Shown here in pieces: positions 51,339-64,000 of a stretch of DNA of 64,000 bases. The position numbers and the translations under genes were made by a program. The notes beneath the pieces were generated by a model. That model was not told where the DNA came from. It saw nothing but the letters and a program-made list of their open reading frames with translations, and ran no database searches. Each line of letters opens with the position of its first letter. Position 1 is the first letter of the stretch. Origin of the DNA: Chiloscyllium plagiosum (taxonomy: Eukaryota); the NCBI RefSeq assembly GCF_004010195.1, contig NC_057719.1:21536810-21600809 (forward strand). The letters run 5' to 3'.

Positions 51339-52304
51339 TGCTGCCCCACCGCTGCTCTCCTCTCTCGTCGAGGAAAAGAAAATAGAACCTGTTCTTATAA
51401 TCTGTAAAAGTTGCAATAAACGACATCATTTTTGGGCCAAGACATGGTTATCCTTGTACACAGAAGTCTACGTAAGCCCCAAAAGAACCCACACCCTTAG
51501 ATGATATGGATTGTAACTCAGACAACAGTCAATTATTGAAGGATAATTTAAATCATTGCTTAACATTTTTACTTAAGACTCTCAGAATAAGAGACGGTAA
51601 CTGTTTCCCTTGCTCTACCACTCAGTCCATTTATCAAGCCAAATTAATCATTTCCTAATAGTTATATTTTGCCATGGTGATATATCAATAGTCCAATAAT
51701 AGTGCTCCCTAATAACTCCCCTTTCATTGCTTCTGATGAATTATTTTAGTATTCAGGTTGCTGTAGTCTCCAGTGCAATGACAGGGTAGCAATCTTCTGT
51801 TAATGTAACCTTATTAACATTTTAAATTGCCATTTATCACAGTTCTGTGCAATGGAAATAACAGCATCTATCAGGGTGTCATGGTTTAGGACATCATTTG
51901 AGCTGCTTAATTAAATTATAACCTTGGTAGTTACTATAAAGCACCCATAACTTAAATACAATTTTGTACGAGACAGTAGATGTGGATTTTGTCAGTAAGT
52001 TAAAAAGGCAGTGTGATAGTTTATTAGAAAGAATGATTGAGAAGGTCGGAGTGGATTTGAGAACTCTGTAACTTCTCCATCACAAAAAAACACTTCCAAT
52101 ACCTTATCGGCCTTTGATGGGGTTCAATTAGCTTGTCAGTTAGTCTTGATACCAACAATGTGGGTTTAATTCTTGCACTATCTTATTTTATCAAGAAGGA
52201 CTCTCATTCTCAACCTTTCCCTTAGCTGAAGTGTGGTGACTCTCAGATTAAATGACTGCCAATCATCTCTCTTTAATGAGAGAGTAGCCCAATGGTCCAG
52301 CAGG

Positions 52305-52700
52305 GTAAACACAATGACTGCAGATGCTGGAAACCAGAGTTTAGATTAGAGTGGTGCTGGAAAAGCACAGCAGTTCAGGCAGCATCCGAGGAGCAGTAAA
52401 ATCGACGTTTCAGGCAAAAGCCCTTCATCAGGAATACAGGCACAGTGCCTGAAGGGTGGAGAGATAAATGAGAGGAGGGTGGGGGTGGGGAGAAAGTAGC
52501 ATAGAGTACAATAGGTGAGTGGGGGAGGGAATGAAGGTGATAGGTCAGGGGGAGGGGGGAGTGGATAGGTGGAAAAGATAGGCAAATAGGACAAGTCATG
52601 GGGACAGTGCTGAGCTGGAAGTTTAGAACTAGGGTGAGGTGGGGGAAGGGGAAATGAGGAAACTGTTGAAGTCCACATTGATGCCCTGGGGTTGAAGTGG
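52305..52700 (-). mobile_element. PLE 3' fragment (family A) with hammerhead at 52400-52435 (-)
   Basis: Minus strand ATTCCTGATGAAGGGCTTTTGCCTGAAACGTCGATT. Confidence 0.85.
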
Positions 52701-55254
52701 ACAACAAATATGAAATCATAGTGGCAGTTTAACAACAATTATACACTCTAGGTACAGCCAATGCTATTGTTATATTCAGAAGAGTGCACCAACAAAATTT
52801 GTGCCAGATACAATTTGCTGTCCAGCTTTTCTGAAGCACTGGGCACTGGGTATGAATGTGCAGGAAATCCGGTTCCAAAGGGCAAACAGAACTGTAGAAC
52901 AAAATACAAGAGACCAACAAAATGGTACAACACCACAAAATTACCAGCAAAGCAAGTGTTAAGAAAGCAAGTGCATCAATGAGGTTCAATGTCCAACCAA
53001 GCGAAGGCAAATTTCAGAAGGTGACCAAACTTTCCGTATGGTCACTTTCACAGACCATGTCATGTAAGGTGATAGAGCTTTCATACACTCTGAAAGATAG
53101 GGCAACATATATTAGACAGGGAGAAAGAGCTGGTGAAGAGCTTATGCTCAAAACATCAATTCTCCAGCTCCTCAGATGCTGCCTGATTGACTGTGCTTTT
53201 CCAGCACCACACTCTCAACACATATTAGATACTCAAATCAACTCAGGAGCTATTGATTATATATTATCACATTACATCATTGAAGGTATATTTCAGCAAA
53301 TGTCACTCCATGGTACAGTCTATGAGGGACTGTTTCACAATATACAATGGATTGCCAATTCTTTGCATGGGTGGAATCACAATGCAGTACCAAGCTTATC
53401 TTGGCTTTCCAATCTTTTCTACCTGGCAAAAAGCAATTATACAGCTGTGGCTGGACTATCAGTATGCACATTATGTCACAATTCATTGAGATTTAAACCA
53501 CAATCAACATAATATGGATGTGCTGGTATTGAACTGGGGTGGGCAAAGTTAAAAATCACAGAACACCAGGTTATAGTGCAACAGGTTTATTTGGAAATAC
53601 TATCTTTAGGAGCACTGCTCCTACATCAGGTAGCTGTGGAGCAGGATCATAAGACACAGAATTTATAGCAAAAGATCTGTGTCATGCCATAAGACACAGA
53701 ATTTATAGCAAAAGATCAGTGTCAAATCACAATGTGATTGAAAGAAGTTCTGGGATTTACATATTAATGATCCGAAACCTGCAACCCATTCTAAAAGATG
53801 AGAGACTTAACAGCAATCTAGGTCTGTTCAATATACTGTATCAGTTGCATGCGTGATGCTGTAATCTTGTCTTTTGATCCTGCTGCACAGCTACCTGATG
53901 AAAGAGCAGTGTTTCGAAAGCTAGTACTTCCATATAAACCTGTTGGAGTATAATGGTGTTATGTGATTTTTAATAATCAATATAGCAGAACAGGCCACAT
54001 GTGGTATAATTAAGTCCATCAACAATCGACAAGAATATGACTTCAAAGTGAGATATAAGTAAGGTACCAGCTGATTATGTTTGATCAAATTAACAAAATA
54101 AAATAATACCAAGATATCATTCTTAATGTGCACATCAATGCTCTTCACTGTGAAATTGAGACATTTTCAAGGTTGATCTGTAAAACTTAACTGAGTCATT
54201 GAGAACAATTGGCAACTGTTGAAAATAAGCAATGGAACAGTTGTAAAAGAGTAGTCTCCAGTTCTGTCCTGACAGTTTCAGCAAATTACCTAAAAATGTA
54301 ATTTTAGCCAGACAGAGACAAACTTGGGAGATCACTGTTTGGTCATTTTCAAGAGCAAACAATTCTGAACATGGAAAAGAAATACTAAGTTAATCCATGG
54401 GTACTGAACACAGGAGACACTAGCATATGGATTTGTGTTTTGGCCAGGGATGAATCAGGGTTTGTACTGTCTCCTGAATTAATGTGCACCATGTGAAATA
54501 TTTGCCTCAGTAGTGGAGGCACAATGGAGCCTCTCTATCCACATGATTTTCAATCCACTCTTTTGAGGAAATTAGCAACAGACCTTTTCACAGTATCTGG
54601 GGAAGATTGCATCTCTATGATGGATTACTTCTTTAAATTTTGCATTCTTTGATTATTTAACAGTACAACAAACATAGGCATCCAGTGTAAATCACACCAA
54701 GACATTTACGATTATGGTAATTCCTTTTTTGAAGGTTTGAAAACTAGCTCACACCAATGCATGACACACCAATCATGCATGAAGTGTGTGGAAGGAAAAT
54801 CCAGTGATGATTGTGCAGTGATAACAACTAGCACCAAGAGAACATTATCAAACAAATGCAACAGAGAACAATGGGTATTTCTCCACACGTGTACATGTTT
54901 ACTAGATCAGGGCAATTTGTCAAACTTACAAGCAATAAGTTAAAGCTTGAAATATTAATCCGATAAACTCTGTTTTAGCTATTTGTACGACTATTGAGTT
55001 GACAGCATGTACAATCATATGACCACATCAATATTTGTTTGGGATAAGTTTTTACCTATATCAAAGAGGGATGTTGTATTTGGTCTCACAGTCAGAATTT
55101 ATGTATTTCAGAATACATTTAATAGTTATGTTCATGTATCATCAGTGCATTGTATTGTGTAACCTGAAGGTCCAAAGATCTCATACTCCATCCTAACTTA
55201 GAACCTTTGAAGCATCATACTTTAAGGAGCATACTTCTCTGTTGTAATGCAACA
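52700..55254 (+). mobile_element. Decayed Gypsy element (gag knuckle, protease, integrase, PPT and probable LTR)
   Basis: CPAF..GHW..MCR (~52818-52865); INSGAIDYIL..LFYL..AVAGLSVC (53237-53468); LAYGFVFWPGMNQ (~54420); EPLYPHDF..KLATDLF..DYFFKF (~54527-54640); AAAGAGGGA then TGTTG at 55072 and CAACA at 55254. Confidence 0.75.
53512..53974. mobile_element. Inverted PLE, family B
   Basis: Inverted arms; TSD AATCAA(C/T)ATA (53502-53511, 53975-53984); hammerhead remnant CTGATGAAAGAGCAGTGTTTCGAAAGCTAGT ~53895-53925; internal 30-bp duplication. Confidence 0.8.
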
Positions 55255-55782
55255 GCTGAAAATTAGCCCAGTCACTAAAGTAACTGAGCAATGTACTATT
55301 TACGTATCACAAATCATTACAATAAATATATTGCATTCATGCCCAGATTCTAATGTTATGGGAGATAACATAAACATTATCACTTCACCCTGTTGGAGGC
55401 AAAATTGTTCCAATAAACCATTCATTAAGTTTTATTCCTTTGTTTCTGGTCTCAACTGCCTTCCTCACATAACCTTTTCTGACTATGCACTCAAAAACCA
55501 AAGCTTTGTTCCTTTACTAAACTCCCTTTACATTGCATCTGCTTCTTCTTTAAGATGCTCTTTGAACCTCACTTCTTTAGCCAGGTTTTTGGCCACCCAT
55601 TTAGTGCTTCCTCTTTAGCTCAGTGTTCATTTTTTCAGCTCTAGAGCATCTTGTGCTTTATTTCTATATTGAAGTACTCTATAAATTCAGGCTAGTATTA
55701 CAGTCCTAGTAGTGATAATGAGTATGGTGCTGGTAGTGATAACAATAGTGCTGCTATTGATAGTAGTTGAGTTTAAGAGATT

Positions 55783-55916
55783 GAAGAGTGTGGTGTTGGA
55801 AAAGCACAGCTAGTCAGGCAGCATCCAAGGAGCTGGAGAATTTTTGTTTCCAGCATATGCCCTCCATCCTATGCTCTTTGATTCTGATCTCCAGCATCTG
55901 CAGTCCTCACATTCTC
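55783..55916. mobile_element. Collapsed PLE hairpin (family A)
   Basis: 15-bp decayed TSD TGAGTTTAAGAGATT/TGAATTTAAGCGATT. Confidence 0.75.
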
Positions 55917-57929
55917 TGAATTTAAGCGATTATGTGTAATGCTCAATCAGCCAGATAGACAAAAATCTTCCTTCCAGTTTCACAACATCCTGTGTTCCCA
56001 AGCTGTACGCCATCAATTTAATTGCATCAAAACCCACTTAGTAGTTTTCAGTAGCATGATAGATCTTAAATCATTACCAGGAGCTGTTTATTAAAAATAG
56101 GTTAATGAAGTGTGACACCAACTGTCCAGTGCGATAAGCTCGGTTTTCCTTCGTCAGATTTGAAAAAGGTGATCCTAAAGACATAAGGTTCTACCAAGTT
56201 GCTGAATGAATCATCTGAGAAACAGAGGTGGATTGATTATTTTGTGTAGCACTGATTCAAACAGCCCAGCATAACCTTATATTGATTTCCTGAAGGCTGA
56301 TACTGCTACAAACTGTTCTATGCATGATATCATTGGAGGATGCCATGTGGACCACATAGGTAGCTTGACATGGCACCATTTGAAGAAATATTTTCCTCAA
56401 AAGCCTTTCCTATCTGCAGTACAGAGATAGAGTTCCTTCTTATAGACTCTTGAGCCCTAGACTACTATGCTGAAGGAATTTGTAGGCCAATCTAATCAAG
56501 AATTATATTGATATGGAGCATAGTTCCCAGGTTTCTTCTTCATACCTTCACATCTCAAATTGTTTTGAACTTTGTAACAAGGAAGTACAAGAGCAAGGCA
56601 ACATAACTGTTTTTCTTAATTCATTGTTTACAATATTAAGAAGAATAATGACTTTTTCACCATCTTACTATGACGTATTGAGTCAAAAGGTGGGACTATC
56701 TCTGGACTTTAGCTTGATTCATGTTAATAAATTGGGATTCCATGATGTACATGGACCATTGATGACATTTTCATCCATCCCGGAGGGCAGCACTCACAAC
56801 TGCCAAATGCCATTTAACCAAATGTAGCCACTGAGAAGCTACCAAAGTAGGGTAAAAGTATTTTAATTCATGGCAAAGCAGGAATGCTCCTTTATACCTG
56901 CAAATAAAGTCGTGGAGATTTCCAGCCTATCTACCCAAAGGCAAAATTTATGTTTACATCAAAACTGACTTCAAATGAAGTCCAGTTTTGAGTGAATCTC
57001 AGCTCATATGGCAGATGAAAGCCTGATGATTATAAATTTCTGAAGCAAGATTAGTTTGGTCAGTGTCAATCCATTTGGGTGTAAGGTGGCCCTAGAGTTT
57101 AAAAAAACTCTCCTCAGTTCAGTGCTAATTGACCATCTAAGAGAGGCTATAGTGTGGCAAATAGAAAGCTGTCATGCAGGCACAAAGCAGAAAACTGATC
57201 CCAGTTGCTTATGGACTGACACTGAGAGGGGTTAGATTTCATTGAGAAATCTCTCTCTAGTCCATTTTATTAACAAAAGGATATATGTGGAAGTCTCAGA
57301 GAAATGTTGTAAACGTAATGCTTCCAGGGTTTCACAGGGATCCCCTGTGGAAGTTACAGGGATACAGTCAAAACAATCAGTCTTGGAAGTTTGTACTCAT
57401 GATCCAGTTTGCATTACAGTTTCAAAGTCACAACCCAATTGCTTCGCTCCAAGTTCGGTAATTGTTGTATAAGCCTGATGAAAGGTTATCAACCAGAAAC
57501 CTTAACTCTTTGTTCTTCTAGAGATCCTGTTGACTATTTCCAACATTTCTTGTGCATATTTCAGAATTCCAACTCTTGTACAGTGGTGGACTGTTCAAGA
57601 AACTGCATCAAATGCCCCCTAATTTAGTAAAACAACATCATTGTTTGTGGGATGCATGTTATCCTAAATCATGTACTTTTCTTCTTCTGTGTGGTGAAAA
57701 GATTCCTAAAAGTGCATTGTTTTTCTTCTGGGCATTAATTTTATTTGTCGACTCGTGTTTTCGTAAGTGTTCCATTGTAGTTGAGGACTCAGCAACATTC
57801 CACACTTTGGAGTTGTTCCAGTGAAGAGATTCACCTTTTTGCTCAAAGCATGTCTTCTCTGACAGATAATCTAAGGTACAAAATCTAACAAAATAAAGTA
57901 TAATCTAATCATGCCTGACAAAGTTATGA

Positions 57930-58830
57930 GAAGTATTTGATGAGGGAACAAGCAGCACAGATAAAGGGGAGGCAGCGGACATAATATATTTGGATTTTCA
58001 GAATGCATTTAATGAAGTACTACATCTGAGGCTACTTAATAAGAGCCCATGGTGTAGTATATTAGCATGGATAGAGGATTGGTTAACAAATAGAAGATAG
58101 AGAGTTGAGACATTTTCAGGATGGTAACCTGTAACTACTGATTTGCCACAAGGATCATTGCTTGGGTCTCAAATATCGACCATAAATATTTGTGAACTTG
58201 GTGAGGGACACGAATGAATTCTAGCCAAGTTTGCAGATGACACAAAAATAGGTGGGAAGTCAGTTGGTGAGGATGACACAAAAAGTGGGCAAAGGAAAGT
58301 AGGCAGATTAAACAAAACAGTAGGCAAAAACAGTATTTTTAAGGAAAGGTGAGCTGGCATTGAAAGCACTCCAGAGAAGGTTCATTCGGCTGATAACAGT
58401 TATGGAGGGAATGTCTTATCCAGACAAATAAGGTAGGTTGGGCCTGTAGAAGAATGAGAGGTGATGTTAAGATTCATGAGGGACTTGACAGGGTAGATAC
58501 AAAAAGGTTTCCCCTGGTGGGAGATCTGAAGGCAAGAGGCCATAATCGCAGAATATAGGGTCGCACATTTAAAACAAAGATAAGGTGGAATTTCCTCTCT
58601 CATAGGGTAGTGAATCTATGGAATTTTTTACTGCACAGGGCTATTGAGATTGGCTCGGTAATGCAGAGAGAGATTGATTTTTAATCAATAAGACAATCTA
58701 AGATTATGAGGACATGCTAGGAAAGCAGAATTGACGATTATCAGCTCAGTCATGATCTCATTGAAATGGGGGAGAAGACTTGATGGGCAGACTGACCTCC
58801 TTCTGTTCCTGTGTCATTTGGTTTTATAGT
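57930..58830 (+). mobile_element. Old CR1 RT and 3' fragment
   Basis: IYLDFQNAF, AKFADDTKIGG, FLSHRVVNLWN motifs. Confidence 0.82.
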
Positions 58831-59467
58831 CTATCTTGGATAGTCCTGCATATAAGAATGGGTGAGATTCTTATTAGTTCATCTCATTCTATTATATTAC
58901 ACAAAATCCTACTCTCAAGGGAATCACTGGACTGGAAATAATAGTAAAACAATTAATTCATTTTTGGCAACATGTTTCAAGTAGAAACCTTATATTATCA
59001 GTGTGTATTATCTCTTGCCTTTTATCCTTCCATATCTATTCCTTTTATCGAATAGACAAAAAAATGAGTTTGAGAATCATCATTGCCAAGTAAGGAGGGG
59101 GTTTTGCCAGCCTTCTTTTTCAAGTCCTCTTCATCAGTTGCAATTAAATCTTCCTATTTATTTTAAATATACTCTTATCGCAGTTCATTAAAAATGTGGT
59201 TTGTTAGGAACTGAATGAACAAGTTACCAATGTTTCTCCTGAGCTCTTTCAGCGATATGGGAGCTGCTGTCTTTGCCAGCATTTGTACCCATCTCTCATT
59301 GGTCAGGAGACAAAAAACGTTGCGATGGATTTTGAATGACACGTAGGCCAGGCAAGGTGAAGATGGCAGATTTCCTTTCATTAGTGAGCAAGCTGTGACA
59401 ACAGTTGCATGGTAACCATTAGATTTGCCTTGAATTCCAGATTTTTAGCAAATACAAATTTACCATT

Positions 59468-60426
59468 GCTGTGGTTCTGTTCGCCGAGCTGGAAGTTTTT
59501 GTTGCAAACGTTTCGTCCCCTGGCTAGGCGACATCATCAGTGCTTGGGAGCCTCCTGCGAAGCGCTTCTTTGATGTTTCCTCCGATGTTTATAGTGGTCT
59601 GTCCCTGCCGCTTCCGGTTGTCAGTTTCAGCTGTCCGCTGTAGTGGTTGGTATATTGGGTCCAGGTCGATGTGTTTGTTGATGGAGTTTGTGGATGAATA
59701 CCATGCCTCTAGGAATTCCCTGGTTGTTCTCTGTCTAGCTTGCCCTATGATAGTAGTGTTGTCCCAGTCGAATTCATGTTGCTTGTTGTCTGTGTGTGTG
59801 GCTACTAAGGATAGCTGGTCGTGTCATTTCGTGGCTAGTTGATGTTCATGTATGCGGATTGCAGTACACCAGAACTGCAAAAAGAAGAAGAGGAACACCT
59901 ATACAAGGTATTCGCCAAAAACGGATACCCGCGCAACTTCATCAACAGATGCCTAAGAGAAAGACCATGGAAAGAGGACATACCACAACCAAAAGGACTA
60001 GCCACACTACCATACATCAGGAGCATCTCGGAACTGACAGCCCTGGCTAGGCGACATCATCAGTGGGACAACACTACTACCATTCGACTGGGACAACACT
60101 ACTATCATAGGGCAAGCCAGACAGAGAACAGCCAGGGAATTCCTAGTGGCATGGCATTCATCCACAAACTCCATCAACAAACACATCGACCTGGACCCAA
60201 TATACCAACCACTACAGCGGACAGCTGAAACTGACAACCGGAAGCGGCAGGGACAGACCATTATAAACACCGGAGAAAACATCAAAGAAGCGCTTCGCAG
60301 GAGGCTCCCAAGCACTGATGATGTCGCCTAGCCAGGGGACGAAACGTTTGCAACAAAAACTTCCAGCTCGGCGAACAGAACCACAGCAACGAGCACCCGA
60401 GCTACAAATCTTCGCACAAACTTTGA
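59468..60426. mobile_element. Young inverted Poseidon-type Penelope-like element (family C)
   Basis: 14-bp TSD ACAAATTTACCATT (59454-59467, 60427-60440); RT C-terminus KVFAKNGYPRNFINR..LPYI; GIY-YIG C-terminus IHEHQLA..FDWDN..REFLEAW..NSINKHIDLDPIY. Confidence 0.92.
60312..60351 (+). ncRNA. Minimal hammerhead ribozyme (family C), antisense twin at 59504-59543
   Basis: GCA-CTGATGA-T-GTCGCCT(AGCC)AGGGGAC-GAAACGTT-TGC: stem I GCA/TGC, palindromic ACGT helix III, GUU triplet. Confidence 0.78.
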
Positions 60427-60899
60427 ACAAATTTACCATTTTCTCTAGTAGGATTCAAACCCATGTCAGGGATCTAAATTACAAGCTCAGTGACTTTACT
60501 ACTAAATGACTGTATACTGAGTGAAAAAAAGAAGAATTTTTATATCTATTAACCTTGAGGGAAACAAAATAAAACTGACCTAATGGTATAAAGGCCACAA
60601 AAAAACCTGAAAAAGTGGGAAGATATTTTTATCATTAAAAAATTGTGAAAAATCATTTAGAGAAGATTGGAAACCCAGTATGCAAGTGCAGAGATATTAT
60701 ATTACAGAGAAATAGCTTTTTAATAAAGCCTGAAACAGTAAATCATGAAATAATAAATGGTTAATATAATCTGAAACTTTACTGAATGATTCACTAATCA
60801 ATACATCAAGAAGTGGTGGAGAAAATATATATAATTATTCCCGGTAGGTTCAATATGAGTGGACTGTACAGACCAGAAGATTAGATTTAATGGAAGCAA

Positions 60900-61500
60900 C
60901 AGTTCCAATGCTAAGACTGAACCTGAGTACCTGAAACTGTATTATGTTCATTTTGTTTCTGATTGGGGATGATGCTATTAACAGACTTGGCATCAAAGAG
61001 ACTTTTGAAGCTGCACAAAGCTATTGATAATTAATCCAATTTAAGAAAAAAACATTATTCTTGAACAGGCAACATTTAACAGAAGAGTTCACCATCCAGA
61101 AGAATCTGTTGACAATTTCATTCATTATCTCTACAGATTATTGAAAAGCCATGAGTGTGGAACCGAGATGTCAGGGACAGAACAAACAGAATTCTTGTTG
61201 CAATTTTAGATGAAATTTTGTTGGACTCATTGTCTTGTGAGAAATCGATTCAAATTGAACTGAAAGAAGAAAGCTACAAGACTGTCAAATGCTGAGAGGA
61301 AAAGACCAACACTACCACAAGAAGGCAACTAACTCTTAGCATTGTGAGATATGGAGACTCTGAAGAGGCACATGTTACAACACAATATCAGCACTATAAA
61401 AGCACATGTGGTTGCTAGAATTGACAGAATCCCAGCCATTTCTGATGAATACTACATTTGCAAATCTTCTAAGCTACTTCCACAGAATGTGTACAGGCAA
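60900..61500 (+). mobile_element. Decayed Gypsy gag
   Basis: NIILEQATFNRRVHHPEESVDNFIHYLYRL...NRILVAILDE resembles the gag motif ERAKFNRR.Q..GESVD.F..DL..L..RDRIV.GI.D. Confidence 0.7.
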
Positions 61501-61649
61501 AACAGTTTCAGAACAGTGGAAGTACTAGTGGTCGTACACATTGAGAATTCTACACTGCAGAACAGCCATTATCATTAGAAAAGATACATATTTTATGAGA
61601 TTCAGTCTTTGGAGAAGGCTCCAAAGCCAATATATTCTTATAGGATAAA

Positions 61650-62100
61650 ATGAAAACTTTGGATGTTGGAAATCTGAAATAAAAACAGAGGTTGCTGGAG
61701 AAACCCAGCAGGTCTGGCAGCATCTGTGGGGAGAAAACAGCTGACATTTTGACTCCAATGACTCTTCATCAGAACTAATAGCTCCTGGGAAAAGGTGATA
61801 TTTATGCTGAAGACAGTGTCTGGGGGGAAAGGGTGAAGGAGAGATGAGAAGATAGTTGAAGATGGAGCCCAGAGAGAGAGATATATGAAAGGAATAGGCA
61901 GACAGGGATTGTTGATATTAAGTCAGTGCAGAAGAGAAACTGAATAAGTGATAACGAGAGCTAAGAGTAGGTGAGAATGAGTTGGATATGCTGAAAGCAA
62001 CTCATGTCATGATAGCACCAGGGTTTGGGCTGGGTAGAAAACATGGCAGGATATAATCAGGCTCTAAAGTTCTCAATTTCTCTGCTGAATCTTCAAGGCT
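61650..62100 (-). mobile_element. Old PLE 3' fragment
   Basis: pLTR related to 20425-20628; decayed GTTCTGATGAAGAGTCATTGGAGTCAAAATGTCAGC on the minus strand. Confidence 0.6.
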
Positions 62101-62120
62101 GCAGGGCCCCAAGATAAAGA

Positions 62121-62426
62121 TTAGATCAGATTCCCTACAATGTGGAAACATGCCTTCAGCCCAAAAAGTCCACAGCAACCCTCCAAAGAGAAACCCACCC
62201 AATCTCATTTCCCTACGTTTACCCCTGACTAACACACCTAACACTATGGGCAATTTAACTTGGCCAATTCACCTAACTTGTGCATCTTTGTTCTGTGGCA
62301 GGAAACCCATGCAGACATGGGGAGAATGTGCAAACTCCACACAGACAGTCGCCCAAGGCTGGAATCAAACCCAAGTCCCTGGCACTGTGAGGCAGCAGTG
62401 CTAACCACTGAGCCATCGTGTCACCC
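62121..62426 (-). mobile_element. HE1-like V-SINE
   Basis: Head, V-domain and tail. Confidence 0.88.
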
Positions 62427-64000
62427 TATTCTTCTTGGCTTGTACTGAGGTTTGTTGGAGGTCTGAGGCTGAAATTTTGGTGTGGCACATGGTGATGTGT
62501 TGACATGGCAGACAACTGAAACCTCAGGGTTCTTTTTACAGGCAAATTGTAAGTGTTTTGAAAAGAGGTCACCCAGTCTGCATTTCATCTACCTGATGTA
62601 GAGGAGATGTAGGTGATTCTTGCTCATTTCTTACTCAAAATATACTAGGGATAGAGTAAATTTAAATATTTACCACATATTCATCAATTAGCCAGCTTCT
62701 TTCCCATTGTTAGAGCAGGAATCAATTCTAGAAGGCTGAAACACTTATATACATTCCTCCACTTACCTCCATGATGTGCACAACTCCAGCTCTCTATTGC
62801 AAATTGCACTCAAGTGCTAAGTCAAGTTGGCAGTTTTACATGCTCCTAATACAAAAAGCCTTTAAGTCACTTAAAGAGGGTCAAGTCTCAGATAGTTTTG
62901 AAGTAAGCTGCTGATTCAGTGCAACCCTTGGAAAAGTTCTGCTGAACACTGGCAACCACTGAATTTAAACTTCTAGATTAATGCCAATTAAAAAATGATT
63001 TCAGGTTGTAGAAAATAAAATTGTAAAAATTAGCTTTTCTTACCCAACATGTAAGTCAAGAAGAAACTGGCCATTATAAACCTTCTCAATGCTGCAAAAA
63101 GGACTGACTCTTCCATTGAAAAGGTGATTGCTTGATCCAGAAATCCAGGCTAATATGGGAATAAAGCACTTAGTTCAACAGAGATCTCTCTTTCAGGAAA
63201 CAAATTCAGAAGATTAAGTGTGCTTCAGCTGAGACAATGGAGAAAGATCAAAATCCTCCTTGAATAAGATTGAGAGATAAAATATCGTACATAAGAGAAC
63301 TGATCTACAGGTCAAAAACAAGACCTGTAGTCTTCAAGCAAGATTCATCGAGCTGTACACAAGTGTGTTTTGAGAGAATTATGAAGTGCCTAGAGCACCT
63401 GAAGATGCAATGTTATTGGTTTAGGAGGAGGTTGGGTAATGTAACATAGAAATACGCAATTGTATGAAGTACTAACTTTGGGGAAGGAGTTTAGGAGGAC
63501 ATATTGCATAAGGTAATTATTCTGAAGCAGGGAGTATTCATGTTACTTTGGATCCACCCATTCTAATGATGACACATGTTCTGAGAATAAGGAGAAGGAA
63601 TTCTACGGTAACTTTCAGAGAAAGTAGATGAATCTGTACTAGCTCCTTCAGACTCTCGAAATTGTACCTGACCAAATGTGGTTGCATTTATTGCAAGTGT
63701 GCAATAAACCTTTCTGAGGATAGTGCTTCTCCTGTAAATGTTCCACAGTGGTATATCATCTACCATTAAACAGTAGATAGGTCAAAGACAAAACAAAGTC
63801 AAAGGAGGATTGATTGCAGTAAACTATCCCAAAATATCCTTCTTCAGAACCATGTACTGATATAAGCAGTAAATATCACAAGGTATTGGGAGTGGTCATC
63901 TCGGGCAACACCATTCTGGACAACAACATTCATGAGTCTCGTAATTGGGATGTACCAGATTCCTCATTCAGAGAAGTCTTTCCTGTTTCTTAGTGAATGT

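Noticed and set aside
52922..53512. 196-aa ORF
   Set aside because: Chimera of a decayed Gypsy protease region and a PLE fragment
1..64000. CRISPR array or prokaryote-type system
   Set aside because: No regularly spaced direct repeats or operons; the sequence is vertebrate repeat-rich DNA

Overview
AT-rich, CpG-depleted vertebrate DNA whose repeat families point to a cartilaginous fish (shark; inferred from HE1/V-SINE, Deu-SINE and CR1/HER1-like repeats). I found no intact host protein-coding gene; the window looks like a gene desert or a large intron. It is dominated by decayed CR1-type LINEs, several SINE families, Gypsy LTR remnants, solo LTRs and a decayed spliced Harbinger Myb/SANT gene. 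The most striking feature is about 15 Penelope-like element (PLE) insertions from at least four families. Many are inverted (hairpin) insertions with 10-16 bp target-site duplications (TSDs), and they carry minimal type I hammerhead ribozymes (CUGANGA...GAAA with a palindromic helix III). Other notable structures are a ~1.35 kb inverted duplication inside a CR1, a CR1 with a twin-priming-like 5' inversion, a multi-template-switch Poseidon-type PLE and several enhancer-like unique stretches. PLE hammerheads are already known as a class; no database search was possible, so novelty is unverified.
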